Shown one piece after another: positions 27,638-37,601 of a stretch of 64,000 bases of DNA. Where the stretch lies: the NCBI GenBank assembly GCA_040755995.1, contig JBFMAF010000021.1, positions 1-64,000 of the forward strand. The letters are read 5' to 3'. Below the pieces are notes generated by a model. That model worked only from the letters and a program-made list of their open reading frames with translations. It was not told where the DNA came from and ran no database searches. The DNA is from Acidobacteriota bacterium. GTDB taxonomy: Bacteria > Acidobacteriota > CAIWXX01. The position numbers and the translations under genes are program-made. Positions within the stretch are counted from its first letter, which is position 1, and the number at the start of each line of letters is the position of its first letter.

Positions 27638-29116
27638 TCAGAGCGCGAACGCGTACAGTCGGCCGTCGAGGCTGGAGACGAACAGGAAGCCCTCCCCTAT
27701 CGCTGGTGAGCCAGGGAAGCCGAACGCCCCCGACCCGGGTGCGGCTGCCTCGTAGTGCCACACCGTGCGGCCCGTGGCGCGGTCGAGCGCAATCACGCCG
27801 GCGCGGTGGCCCGCAGGGTAGCCGACCTGGCTCGACGTGCCCGCGTAAACGCGCGTGTCGGTGACGGCCGGCTGCCCCCATGCCCAGCCGAAGACGTCGG
27901 CCGACCACACCCGCCGGCCCGAGGCCACGTCGAATGCGAAGACGCTGGCCGCATCCGAAGACCCGACGTACGCCACTCCATCGCGAATCGACGCCGACGA
28001 CTCGATCCACGAGAACCATACGTAGCGCGTCCAGACCACGGCCCCGGTCTTCGCGTCTAGGGCCAGGAAATCGTAGGCGCGGTTGCCGACGACGACCCGA
28101 TCTCCGGCCACCGCCGGCGTCGAGACGACCGCGCCATTCGTGGCCCGGTTCCACAGCAGCCGGCCGGTGGCGGCGTCGAGCGCACATACGTGCATGTCGA
28201 AGCTGCCCGCGTAGACACGGCCCGAGTCCACCGCCGGGGTGGCCAATACCGAGTCGGCCGTGGCGAAGCTCCACAAGCGCGCGCCCGTCGATGGGTCGAT
28301 CGCTAGCACGTTCCCGTCGTGCGTGCCGAGATAGAGCCGCCCGTCCCTCACTACCACGTCCGATCCAAACCGGTCGTATCGCGACTTCGGGTCGTCGAAG
28401 GCGAGCCGCTTGATGGGCTTCTCGACGACCTTCACGCGCCATACCTCCTCCCCGCCGGCCGCCTTCAGCTTGTAAAGGAAACCGTCGTCGGCCTGGACGT
28501 AGACAGCCGCGTCCACCACCGTCGGCCGGGCTCGGATCGCGCCGCCCGCGCGAAAGGTCCAGAGCTGTCCCCCTTTCCGCGCGTCGACCGCGTGGATCCG
28601 CCCGTCCTGACCTCCCACATATACGACGCCGCCTGCACAGCTCGGCCCCGCCCAGAGCGGCGAGGCTGCCTCGTACGTCCAGGCCGGACGGACGAGCGCG
28701 CCGGCGGGCGCGGGCCGAACCGGCACCTCGATCCGCTCGACCCGGTAGAGCACGAGCGGGATCTTGTAGAACGGCGCGAGCCCCTCGGGCACTACACCGC
28801 TGAGGGAGCGGGCCGCCTCGTCGTAACGGAAATCGAAGGAGCCGAGTATCACCCGGTCCCCGTCAACCTTGAGGGGCACGCTTCCGAAGGGCTGTCCTGC
28901 GAGGTGCATACTCGGAATCGTCGCCTTGAGCAGCAACTTCCCGTCGGCCTCGGGTATGATCTCCAGCGCGAAGGCGGTCGTCTCTCCGTCGTGCGTGATG
29001 GAGCCCGACCAGGCCCCGGCGAGGTCGGTCGCAGTGGGGACGTCAGTGGAGTTGCCCCGGCCCACGGCCGGTGTGAGAGCGAGCCCGAGAAGAAGCAGAC
29101 CGACGGGAGCGTTCAT
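27638..29116 (-). CDS. Secreted PQQ-like (BamB/AfsK-repeat) beta-propeller protein
   Basis: Signal peptide MNAPVGLLLLGLAL; repeats such as VYVGGQDGRIHAVDARKGGQLWTF. Confidence 0.9.
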   Translation of the reverse strand: MNAPVGLLLLGLALTPAVGRGNSTDVPTATDLAGAWSGSITHDGETTAFALEIIPEADGKLLLKATIPSMHLAGQPFGSVPLKVDGDRVILGSFDFRYDEAARSLSGVVPEGLAPFYKIPLVLYRVERIEVPVRPAPAGALVRPAWTYEAASPLWAGPSCAGGVVYVGGQDGRIHAVDARKGGQLWTFRAGGAIRARPTVVDAAVYVQADDGFLYKLKAAGGEEVWRVKVVEKPIKRLAFDDPKSRYDRFGSDVVVRDGRLYLGTHDGNVLAIDPSTGARLWSFATADSVLATPAVDSGRVYAGSFDMHVCALDAATGRLLWNRATNGAVVSTPAVAGDRVVVGNRAYDFLALDAKTGAVVWTRYVWFSWIESSASIRDGVAYVGSSDAASVFAFDVASGRRVWSADVFGWAWGQPAVTDTRVYAGTSSQVGYPAGHRAGVIALDRATGRTVWHYEAAAPGSGAFGFPGSPAIGEGFLFVSSLDGRLYAFAL

Positions 29117-29477
29117 CGCGCTAGCCCCGTCACATAATGCGCGCGACCTTGTTCGCGAATGTGGCGGTGTGAGTCTTGACCAGAGGTAGCTTGCGCTCAT
29201 CCAATACCTCCTTCCGCTCTAGCGAGTATCCGACGAGAAACGGGGTCATCTCCCTTCTCGAACGCATACGGATTGGGTGAATCGCGGCCATTCTCGGACT
29301 CCCCCTGCAGGCCAACAACCAACTCAATGGCTACATGTATGGCCAAACGCCCGGCGCGTCAAGTCTCATTATCGGTATCCGTACTTCCTTGTGGCGTCAT
29401 TCCGGCCCCGAAGGGCTGGAGGAATGTGACGTGGGTCCGCTCGTCCCGCGCTATAGTTAGAGGCGGAGGAACTTACG

Positions 29478-30431
29478 ATGAAAGCCGCTGTCTTAAGGCA
29501 ATTCGGCCAGCCTCTCTGCATCGAGGACCGCCCGACGCCCGAACCGAAGGGTGAGGAGATCCTGGTGCGCGTCCTCGCCGCCGGTGTCTGCCATAGTGAT
29601 CTGCACCTGCAAGACGGTGCGTATCCGAACCTGCACCTTCCGCTTGTTCTGGGCCACGAAATCGCGGGGGTGGCCGAGGGAATCGGTCAAGTATTGGTTT
29701 ACGCCAGTTGGTCCTGCGGGCTGTGCAACTCGTGCAGAGCGGGGAACAATCAACTTTGCCCTGAAGCGACCGAAGCCGGCTGGGCTCGCGACGGCGGCTA
29801 CGCCGAGTATGTGCTTGTGCCATCCAGGAAGTATCTCATTCCTCTTGAGGGGCTGGACCCCATCACCGCAGCTCCGCTTGCCGATGCCGGGTGCACTCCT
29901 TATCGGGCCGTACAACGCATCTGTCCCTGGCTTGATCGAGGATGCAACGTTGTCGTTATCGGTGCCGGGGGCCTTGGGCAGTTCGCCATCCAGTATCTGC
30001 GGCTCCTCACCCCGTCCAAAGTCATCGTCATTGATCATAGCGATGCAAAACGCCTCCGCGCGCTGGAGTTGGGTGCCCATGAAGCCTCATCACCCGATGC
30101 GGCGCCGGAACACGCACGAGCTGTTCTGGATTTCGTTGGATCGGATGACACCTTGAGGATGGCGGCGCGAATCGTCGACCGGAGCGGAATCGTCGTTCAA
30201 GTCGGCGAGGGGGGCGGGCGACTTCCGTTCGGGCTGGGACTGATCCCCCATGAAGCCGTGTTCACGACGTCCATCTGGGGCTCGCCAGCGGATCTCGCAG
30301 CCGTGCTTGAACATGCCCGGCGCGGTGAGATCCAGATGCAAGTGCAAACGATGCCTCTGCAAGAAGTCAACGAAGCATTCGACCGTCTGAGGCGGGGTGG
30401 TGTCAGGGGCCGCCTGGTCTTGCTCCCCTAG
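29478..30431 (+). CDS. Zinc-dependent alcohol dehydrogenase (MDR family)
   Basis: GVCHSD, GHE, CGLCNSC...C, GAGGLG. Confidence 0.93.
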   Translation: MKAAVLRQFGQPLCIEDRPTPEPKGEEILVRVLAAGVCHSDLHLQDGAYPNLHLPLVLGHEIAGVAEGIGQVLVYASWSCGLCNSCRAGNNQLCPEATEAGWARDGGYAEYVLVPSRKYLIPLEGLDPITAAPLADAGCTPYRAVQRICPWLDRGCNVVVIGAGGLGQFAIQYLRLLTPSKVIVIDHSDAKRLRALELGAHEASSPDAAPEHARAVLDFVGSDDTLRMAARIVDRSGIVVQVGEGGGRLPFGLGLIPHEAVFTTSIWGSPADLAAVLEHARRGEIQMQVQTMPLQEVNEAFDRLRRGGVRGRLVLLP

Positions 30432-30692
30432 ACCGAGGCGTGATCTGCGCCGCCGCTCGAAACGGACGCCCCGGGCCGCGCGCCGCTGGTTCGAGATCCA
30501 ATCGACACGGGCAAAACGATGCCAGTAGTCTGACGCGCCATTCTTGAAGTCGAGCACCATCATTCCGATGCTGACCGTGCTCTCACAGGTTTCTCGCAAG
30601 CACGACGGGTGGACGGATGCGGATGCGCGCATGCCGCGCCGCCCACGAGCCGAGGTGCTATAATCTGACCAGCCGTACCCCGTGCGAGGTCA

Positions 30693-33600
30693 TTGATGAG
30701 AACGAGAGGGGTGCTTCTCAGGGACGGGGGAGTGGGCCCGTCCAGGTTCTGTGTTCACGGCGCGCCGTTGCGCCATCGGCATGCGTTTGCAGAGTGTGTA
30801 GCATCGAGAGTCGGCGTGCAGGGCGCGCGTATTCCACTGATCGCTTGTGGGTCTGTCGTCTGGCTGGTTTTCGCCCCCAGCGTTCACTCAGCGGGCTACG
30901 TGCGGATCGAACAGACGGAGATTCGCAAGATCGTTGAGGAGGGCTCCGGCGTCGTTCGCGACCCGGACTGGTCACCTCGCGGAGACTGGATCGCATACGA
31001 CGGCCCGCGTGGGATCTGGATCGTCCGCCCCGACGGCAGCGAAAAGCGGATCGTTCTCGAAGACATGGACGAACAGCACATCGAGATGGATCCAAACACG
31101 TTTGTCCAGGCGACGGCCGGCAAGGCCGCGTTCTACTGGGACCCGTCGTTCTCTCATGACGGGACGCATCTTGCCATTCGGGTGAAACGGAAGGATGGGG
31201 ACACGGAGCTGCCGCCGGCCATCGGCACCGCCAGCATCGATTCCCCCGGTGATGTCGAACTGCTCACCGTGGGAACCCAACCCGCGTGGTCTCCTGACGG
31301 AAGTCGGATCGCATTCGTCGACAGCGGAAGGATCTACACGATCACGCCACAAGCGACGGGACAGACCGAGCTCACAAGGGAGACCGCGAATGCGGCCAAT
31401 CCCATGTGGACTCCCGATGGCCGGAGCATCGTCTTTCTGAACGCCGAAGGCGCCTGGATCGTCCCGGCCGACGGATCGGGCTCGCCGCAGCTGGTGTTTG
31501 CATCGAAGCCCGTGGTGTCTGTCCATCCGCCTCTGCAACGATTCAGCAACGAGCCGCCATCGACGAGTTGTCGGCTACTGCTGCGCAGCGCCGCGCTCTC
31601 TCCACAGGGAGACATTATCGCCATCAATGGCATCGCCTGCGACAGCCGGGATGTGCTCGCCGTGGGCGCACGGAACGGCACGGACTTATCTGTCGCACTG
31701 GAGGCAGTGCTGACGGCTAGTCGAGGATTCGAGGACCGCGTAAGCCCGGAAATCCCCCCCGATGGCTGGAATGCGCCCTCCTGGTCGCCTGACGGCAACG
31801 AGATCGTCATCGCCTACACTCCGCCCTCACAGTCAGGTGCGACGTGTGCCCTGGGGATCGTGACATTGAGGAAGGACGCACTCCCGGGGCTGCTGTCTGG
31901 AATGCCCCGAGGCCTTCCCGCGGCTGCTGCCGCCGTCGCAGTGCTGGTTCTGGGCAGCCTCGGTGGTCTCATGCTGAAACTGCGCCGAGGTCCCAAGCGG
32001 ACGAAGGCGCCTGCAAGAGCGGTGGTGCCATCGGAGCCTGCTCGCAGGACGCATCGAGGCCCGAAGCCCGCCGCGGGCAAGCGGGCTCCCTCGTCTGCTC
32101 GCCAACCGACACCCACTGAGCGAGGGCCGCGCATTCAGTTCGAAGAACCGGAGCCGCGAAGCAGCGGTCCGGCACTGGTGTTCGAGGACAAGCCGGCGGC
32201 GCCCCGCAAGAAAGCCGCATCGAGAGAGGTCATGAGAAGTCGGCCCGAGGAGAAGCGCAGGCCGCACACGCTTATACTCACTTCCAGCTCGTCCTGGGTC
32301 AGGCTAGGGACCGACGACGATGCTCCGCTCAAAGCCCGTGTGCTCGATCAGTTGGGCGATGAGCTCGAGGGATGCGTCGTCAGGTTCGAGGCAGACGAAG
32401 GGATGCTGGATACTGAGCAAGCCGCTACCGATCGGCGTGGCATTGCTCGATCCGTCTGGAGGCCGGCTCCTGCGACACCCCCCGGCGGCTGCAAGACAAG
32501 AGCCTGGTGTTTGGAAGCTCCGATTGTCGAGAGCGAGATGCGGATTCGAGTGACTCCCAGATCGCCTGTGGAAATCGAACTCGAGATCGATCCTGAGGAG
32601 CTTCCCGCCGACGGGCGGTCTATCGCGAAGATAACGGCGCGTGCGCTCGACGAGCGTGCGAACCCGGTGGCCGAAGTCCCCATCTCGCTGCGGACCGACG
32701 AAACGGGGCTTCCCGGCAAATGGGCCAACTCCGCGGGTCTCACAGACACGGAGGGCCGGTTTCGCGCCGAGTACACGATGCCGGCCCAGTGCGAGTCGCA
32801 ACAGATCGCCATCATCGCCGAAGTGAAAACTCAGCCGCCGGAGCAGGTACGCCTTGAGCGCCGGCGGTGGATCAGAGTCCGACAACTCGTTGTCGAGCTT
32901 CTCCCTCAGAGCGCGAAGACGTCTGCCGGCTCCCAGGAACCGGTCAGAATTCGGGCCCGCCTCGCCGACTCATCCGGAACACCGATCGCGGGTGAGCCGC
33001 TCAGAGCCGAGATCATGCCCTCTGAAGGCGGCTCGGTGGAGCCGCCCATGGACATCACGGATGACAACGGGGGACTGGAGTTTGTCTATCGCCCAGGCAT
33101 GAGAGCCGGCAGTTTCAGCATGACAGTCCGGCTCGACGGCAGGCCGGACGTCGCCGCGACTGCTGCAATCGAGCAGACCGGCTGGTACTTCGACGTTCAG
33201 ATAGAGGACCACCACGAAGAGATAGTCATCCGGGTCTTCAAGAACGAGGCTGCGGCCGGCCGCATGCGCGATCTTGACATGCCGGACTTCGAGGGAGTCC
33301 AGGTGCTGTGTGCCGACCGGTCAACACCGTGGACCGGCACCGTGGGCCAGGAGTGCTACCAGCTCGCGGCGCTCGTCGCCATGTGCGGCACGGAGCCGGA
33401 CAGCGCGTTCTATCGCCAGCGGGCGGCAGATCTCAGCGGGCTTGCCGAACACAGCGCACGCCTTGCCGCTGCCATCCGTCAGAACAACGAGAAGGCTGAT
33501 CGATACCTGGCGATGGCGGAAGGACTGCGCGATTTCAGAGATTACTACGACTTCGTGACGGGGCTCATCCGGTCGGTCGCTTCTCCGGCCGACCGCATGG

Positions 33601-34214
33601 TCGAGGTGGTTGACAAGGCGTTCGATCTCGGCTCGACTCTGGTCCTGGGTGCCGGCGAGGCGGTGAGAGCCTTGGCCGATGCCGCGAGAGCTCTATCCAC
33701 GATCGCCTCGAAAGGCCCGGTCACGTCGCGAGGCCTCATCGAAGGCGCATTGGAAGGGCTCAAGGACGCATTGCTGGGAGCTGAACAGGCTGCGCAGCGC
33801 GTCCGCCCCCGCGAGCAGCTCCTGGGGCTGCTCCATGGCATTCTCTCGAAGGAGGCTGCGGTGCTCGACACAATCGGGCGCTATGCCGGCGATCTCGCTC
33901 CGATCTGGGCCCAGCTGAAATCCGCCGGCGGGCCCGCCCGTCAGGTGGCCGAGCTGCTGCCGCTGGAACGCGGGAGTTGGTCTAGCGGCCTGCTCGAAGC
34001 CCAGCCCAGATTCCTGACACTGGAGGCCGAGCGATTGGCGCTCTGGGCCGAGCTCAACCGGGTCAGCCCGCCGGAGGAGTTGATCGCCGCACGCGCGGCG
34101 ATTCGCGAAGCGGCAGAAGGCAGGTGCGAGGCCTACGCGGTTGCGAGCAGAGTCCGCGACGAGGCCCGCGGAATCGCGGAACTGGCACGCTGGCATCTCG
34201 GACGGCCGCAATGA
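30693..34214 (+). CDS. Membrane protein: TolB/PD40 propeller, TM helix, Pro/Arg-rich linker, Big_1-like Ig repeats, helical C-terminal domain
   Basis: PDWSPRG/PAWSPDG/PMWTPDG/PSWSPDG repeats; TM AVAVLVLGSLGGLML; LPADGRSIAKITA, TDTEGRF, TDDNGG; true start may be GTG 30816. Confidence 0.75.
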   Translation: MMRTRGVLLRDGGVGPSRFCVHGAPLRHRHAFAECVASRVGVQGARIPLIACGSVVWLVFAPSVHSAGYVRIEQTEIRKIVEEGSGVVRDPDWSPRGDWIAYDGPRGIWIVRPDGSEKRIVLEDMDEQHIEMDPNTFVQATAGKAAFYWDPSFSHDGTHLAIRVKRKDGDTELPPAIGTASIDSPGDVELLTVGTQPAWSPDGSRIAFVDSGRIYTITPQATGQTELTRETANAANPMWTPDGRSIVFLNAEGAWIVPADGSGSPQLVFASKPVVSVHPPLQRFSNEPPSTSCRLLLRSAALSPQGDIIAINGIACDSRDVLAVGARNGTDLSVALEAVLTASRGFEDRVSPEIPPDGWNAPSWSPDGNEIVIAYTPPSQSGATCALGIVTLRKDALPGLLSGMPRGLPAAAAAVAVLVLGSLGGLMLKLRRGPKRTKAPARAVVPSEPARRTHRGPKPAAGKRAPSSARQPTPTERGPRIQFEEPEPRSSGPALVFEDKPAAPRKKAASREVMRSRPEEKRRPHTLILTSSSSWVRLGTDDDAPLKARVLDQLGDELEGCVVRFEADEGMLDTEQAATDRRGIARSVWRPAPATPPGGCKTRAWCLEAPIVESEMRIRVTPRSPVEIELEIDPEELPADGRSIAKITARALDERANPVAEVPISLRTDETGLPGKWANSAGLTDTEGRFRAEYTMPAQCESQQIAIIAEVKTQPPEQVRLERRRWIRVRQLVVELLPQSAKTSAGSQEPVRIRARLADSSGTPIAGEPLRAEIMPSEGGSVEPPMDITDDNGGLEFVYRPGMRAGSFSMTVRLDGRPDVAATAAIEQTGWYFDVQIEDHHEEIVIRVFKNEAAAGRMRDLDMPDFEGVQVLCADRSTPWTGTVGQECYQLAALVAMCGTEPDSAFYRQRAADLSGLAEHSARLAAAIRQNNEKADRYLAMAEGLRDFRDYYDFVTGLIRSVASPADRMVEVVDKAFDLGSTLVLGAGEAVRALADAARALSTIASKGPVTSRGLIEGALEGLKDALLGAEQAAQRVRPREQLLGLLHGILSKEAAVLDTIGRYAGDLAPIWAQLKSAGGPARQVAELLPLERGSWSSGLLEAQPRFLTLEAERLALWAELNRVSPPEELIAARAAIREAAEGRCEAYAVASRVRDEARGIAELARWHLGRPQ

Positions 34215-34248
34215 TCTGCGGAAACGTTGGTCTTGTGAGGAGGCTTTG

Positions 34249-34761
34249 ATGGCTACTTCGGCGTTCGGACTGCTCTTGGTGGTCGGGGTTCTTGTTGTCG
34301 TAGCGATCGCGGGTTTGGTACTCATGTTTGCCCTGCGCAAGCAGCAGGATCCGGGAGTCGCCGCGCGTGGGCAATCGATCGCGACGCCCCCGGCGCCGGC
34401 GGCCGTCCCTCCCGCGCCGTCGCCGGCTTCCGTTCGAAATTGCACATCGGCTATCCTCGGTGTGGCAGCGGATCAGATCCCGTCGTTGTGCGAACACGGC
34501 GAGTCGCTGTCCTCGGCACTCGCCGGCGTCGCGTTGGATCGTGGAGCTCGAATCTTGTTTCGCAAAGCATGTCTGGTCGTGGAGGAGATCGAACCCTGCG
34601 GCCCATCCACCGTCGACCAGAAGACCGTCATACGGATTCGGTCCGCAGAGGTTATTGCGTCCCTCTGCTGCCCCAAGTGCGGGACGGAACAGGATCGAGC
34701 CACGAGGTTCTGCGGCGACTGCGGAGCCCCGCTCGGCGTAATCGTGCTTTCAGAGAAGTGA
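34249..34761 (+). CDS. Membrane-anchored protein with C-terminal double zinc ribbon
   Basis: N-terminal TM helix; CPKCG...FCGDCG. Confidence 0.7.
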   Translation: MATSAFGLLLVVGVLVVVAIAGLVLMFALRKQQDPGVAARGQSIATPPAPAAVPPAPSPASVRNCTSAILGVAADQIPSLCEHGESLSSALAGVALDRGARILFRKACLVVEEIEPCGPSTVDQKTVIRIRSAEVIASLCCPKCGTEQDRATRFCGDCGAPLGVIVLSEK

Positions 34762-34920
34762 AGCTCTGTTGCGCGGCCTCGCGCAAGTATCCGCTTCCCT
34801 GCTCAGCCAGAGGCCGCTGGCCCGGCCGCGAATTGGCGGCGGGAGCTGTGATGTCCGTCACCTCCAGCCACCACCCGTGTGCTACAATAAGTGCATCCTG
34901 AGTCGCGTGAGGAGGAGACC

Positions 34921-35871
34921 ATGTCCAATCGGATGTTTCCACTGATCATGCTGTTGGGCTTCGGGTCGGTCGCTCTGGCCGGACGCGCCCCGGAGATCTA
35001 CTCGCCCCTGGCCCCAGCCACGCCAGTCAAGCTCGTCTTCATCCATCATTCGACTGGTGAAGCGTGGCTATCGGACTGGGGCGGCCGCTTGGGGATCACG
35101 CTCCGTAACAACAACTACTTCGTGAGCGACACCAACTACGGTTGGGGGCCGGACGGAATCGGCGATACGACAGACACGGGCCACTGGTGGTTGTGGTTCC
35201 GAGGACCCAAGCGGACAACCTATCTCAATGCCCTCTACAAGGAGAGCGGCCGGAACTGCTCCTACTCTCGCCTGTCCACGGATCCGGGCGGCGAGAACAA
35301 GATCATCATGTTCAAGTCCTGCTTCCCGAACTCGCACATCGGCGGCAAGCCCACCGACCCACCGAAGACGGGCTCGAACCCGCTCCGCGGCCAGGACGCC
35401 TACTCGCAGTATATGACCGTGGCGAACGTGAAGGGGATCTACAACGACATCCTTGCGTACTTCAAGACTCGCCAGGACAAGCTTTTCATCCTGATCTGCT
35501 CGCCACCGCTCATCCAGGCGGAGACCGATCCTGCGCACGCGGCGAACGCCCGGGCTGTCAATGACTGGGTCTACTCGACCTGGCTCAAGAACTACCCGTA
35601 CAAGAACGTCGCGGTGTTCGACTTCTACACTGTTCTGACTTCCAACGGCGGCAACCCCAACAAGAACGACCTCGGCAAGTCGACAGGCAACCATCACCGT
35701 TTTCGCAACGGCAAGATCGAGCACATGCAGACCGTCGCCAGTAACTACAGCGCATACGGTTCGGGTGACAGTCACCCAACAGCGGCGGGAGGAAAGAAAG
35801 CCAGCGCCGAGTTCGTGACCCTTCTCAACGTATACTACAACGCCTGGAAGGGCTCTCTGAGGGCGCCGTAG
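34921..35871 (+). CDS. Secreted hypothetical protein, possible SGNH-like hydrolase
   Basis: GAGGAG RBS, signal peptide, FIHHSTG, FKSCFPNS, C-terminal GDSHP. Confidence 0.7.
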   Translation: MSNRMFPLIMLLGFGSVALAGRAPEIYSPLAPATPVKLVFIHHSTGEAWLSDWGGRLGITLRNNNYFVSDTNYGWGPDGIGDTTDTGHWWLWFRGPKRTTYLNALYKESGRNCSYSRLSTDPGGENKIIMFKSCFPNSHIGGKPTDPPKTGSNPLRGQDAYSQYMTVANVKGIYNDILAYFKTRQDKLFILICSPPLIQAETDPAHAANARAVNDWVYSTWLKNYPYKNVAVFDFYTVLTSNGGNPNKNDLGKSTGNHHRFRNGKIEHMQTVASNYSAYGSGDSHPTAAGGKKASAEFVTLLNVYYNAWKGSLRAP

Positions 35872-35905
35872 TCTGACTCGATTGCAGACCGAAGGGCCAC
35901 TCCCG

Positions 35906-36535
35906 ATGGCCGTTCCGCTGACGCTGCCGTACGCCCACCTCAACCTGCGCCGCAATCCCTTCGGAGAGCTGGAGCGGGCGGAGCGGGCGGAGCTGGCGGA
36001 GGTTGAGGTGGACGAGCTGGTAGAGTGTGTTCGCCGGCCCGGTGTAGCGGTCCAGCTCCTCGGCGGCAGCGGCTGCGGCAAGACCACTCATCTGCTCGCT
36101 ATCCACCGCCGCTTCGCTAGTGCCCCCTACGTGAAGGTCATCGATGGGACTCGGGCCCGTGTGCCGTTCGGCCATCCCGTGCATGTTGACGACGCGCACC
36201 TGTTGGCGTCCAGCGAGCGCCGAAGGTTGCTCCACAGGCCCGCGTCGTTCGTCCTCACGACCCAATGCGACCTTTCTGAGGAAATCGCTCGCTCCGGGCT
36301 GCGGTCAGTGGTTGTGAGGCCCCATCAGCTGCTGTCTGCGGACCTGCTTGAACGCGTGTTCGCCCGCCGCGTCGAGGCCGCGCGGCGAGGACCAGGGCCT
36401 GTGCCACGTCTGGCGCGATCGACGGTGGAAGCACTGATCGAGCGCTGGGGCCCGGACGTGCGGAGTATGGAGCGGGCATTGTATGAGGCGCTTGCCCGCC
36501 TCGAGGAGTGTGGATATGTGCGCGTGCCAACTTGA
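35906..36535 (+). CDS. Small P-loop NTPase (AAA/Hda-like)
   Basis: NLRRNPFG, GGSGCGKTT, VHVDDAH, DVRSME. Confidence 0.7.
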   Translation: MAVPLTLPYAHLNLRRNPFGELERAERAELAEVEVDELVECVRRPGVAVQLLGGSGCGKTTHLLAIHRRFASAPYVKVIDGTRARVPFGHPVHVDDAHLLASSERRRLLHRPASFVLTTQCDLSEEIARSGLRSVVVRPHQLLSADLLERVFARRVEAARRGPGPVPRLARSTVEALIERWGPDVRSMERALYEALARLEECGYVRVPT

Positions 36536-37580
36536 GGTGTGTTTCGATCGAGAGGGCCGATCGTACCGGCCCGGCGAAACCATTCGTGGCGAAGTTGTGG
36601 TCACATCTAACAAGGAAGTCTCATGCCGCGGGCTCGAGATCGAGCTCCTCTGGCAGACCCACGGCGCCGGCAATAAAGACCGCACGGTACTGGATCACAT
36701 TGCTCTGGGGCCGCAGCGATGGAGCCCAGGCAGTCCGTGGCACTATACATTCTCCTTCGCTGCCCCAGTGAAGCCGCTGACCTACCACGGGCACTTCCTG
36801 AACGTCGACCACTACATCGCGGCGCGGGCGGATCTGCCGATGGCGATCGATGCCAAGACCAGCGAAGAGTATCTGCTTCTGCCCGGTCCGTCGAGCCGCA
36901 CCGAGTACCTAGCCGCTCCGGTCGATTTCACCCAGTCCCAGTCGGCACAGAGCGGCCCGGCTGGGAAGGTGATAGGCTGGATACTTCTGCCGGCTATCCT
37001 CGGACTCGTTGCCGTCCTCTTGGGATTCCTCCTGCCGATCCTCCTGGCTGTAGGTGCGGTTGTGGTGTTGAGGAGGTGGCTGGCCGAGCGGCGCCTCGGC
37101 CGGGTCACGGTGGATGTGAACACGCCTGAAGTGGGCCGCTCCCGCTCCGCTGCTGCAGTGCCGCTCGTCGGGCGACTGTCCTCGTGGTGGCGCGGCGACA
37201 AAGTACACGCTGTCAGTCCGGGCGAACCTGTCCGCTTCCACGTTCGCTTCCAGCCAAGAGGTCACGTCGATCTCGACCGTGTCTCCGCCAAGCTGATCGG
37301 CACAGAGGAGTGTCGCTCGGGGTCGGGCAGCGATGCCAAGACTCACAAGCATGCTATCTGTGAGCAAGAGCTCGTGCTGGCTCAGGGGCTCGCCTGCTAC
37401 CCCGGCACGCCGATGGACCTTGCCGGCGAGCTGCTTGTTCCCGATATCGAGGCATACAGCTTCCGCTCGCACAACAACGCGCTCAAGTGGAGAATCGAGG
37501 TCAAGATCGAGGCGCCCCGCTGGCCCGACTGGAGCCGCGACACGACTCTGGCATTGGTGCCTCGCGCGGTTTCTCCGTAG
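36516..37580 (+). CDS. Arrestin/SpoOM-like fold membrane protein
   Basis: YRPGETIRGEVVV...PLTYHG N-domain; central TM hairpin; similar second domain SPGEPV...YSF...WRIEV...WPDW. Confidence 0.65.
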   Translation: MCACQLEVCFDREGRSYRPGETIRGEVVVTSNKEVSCRGLEIELLWQTHGAGNKDRTVLDHIALGPQRWSPGSPWHYTFSFAAPVKPLTYHGHFLNVDHYIAARADLPMAIDAKTSEEYLLLPGPSSRTEYLAAPVDFTQSQSAQSGPAGKVIGWILLPAILGLVAVLLGFLLPILLAVGAVVVLRRWLAERRLGRVTVDVNTPEVGRSRSAAAVPLVGRLSSWWRGDKVHAVSPGEPVRFHVRFQPRGHVDLDRVSAKLIGTEECRSGSGSDAKTHKHAICEQELVLAQGLACYPGTPMDLAGELLVPDIEAYSFRSHNNALKWRIEVKIEAPRWPDWSRDTTLALVPRAVSP

Positions 37581-37601
37581 CTCGCCATCGGCGCGGGCCG
37601 C

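Noticed and set aside
30432..30640. Possible gene fragment on the minus strand after the alcohol dehydrogenase
   Set aside because: No start/RBS or recognisable domain
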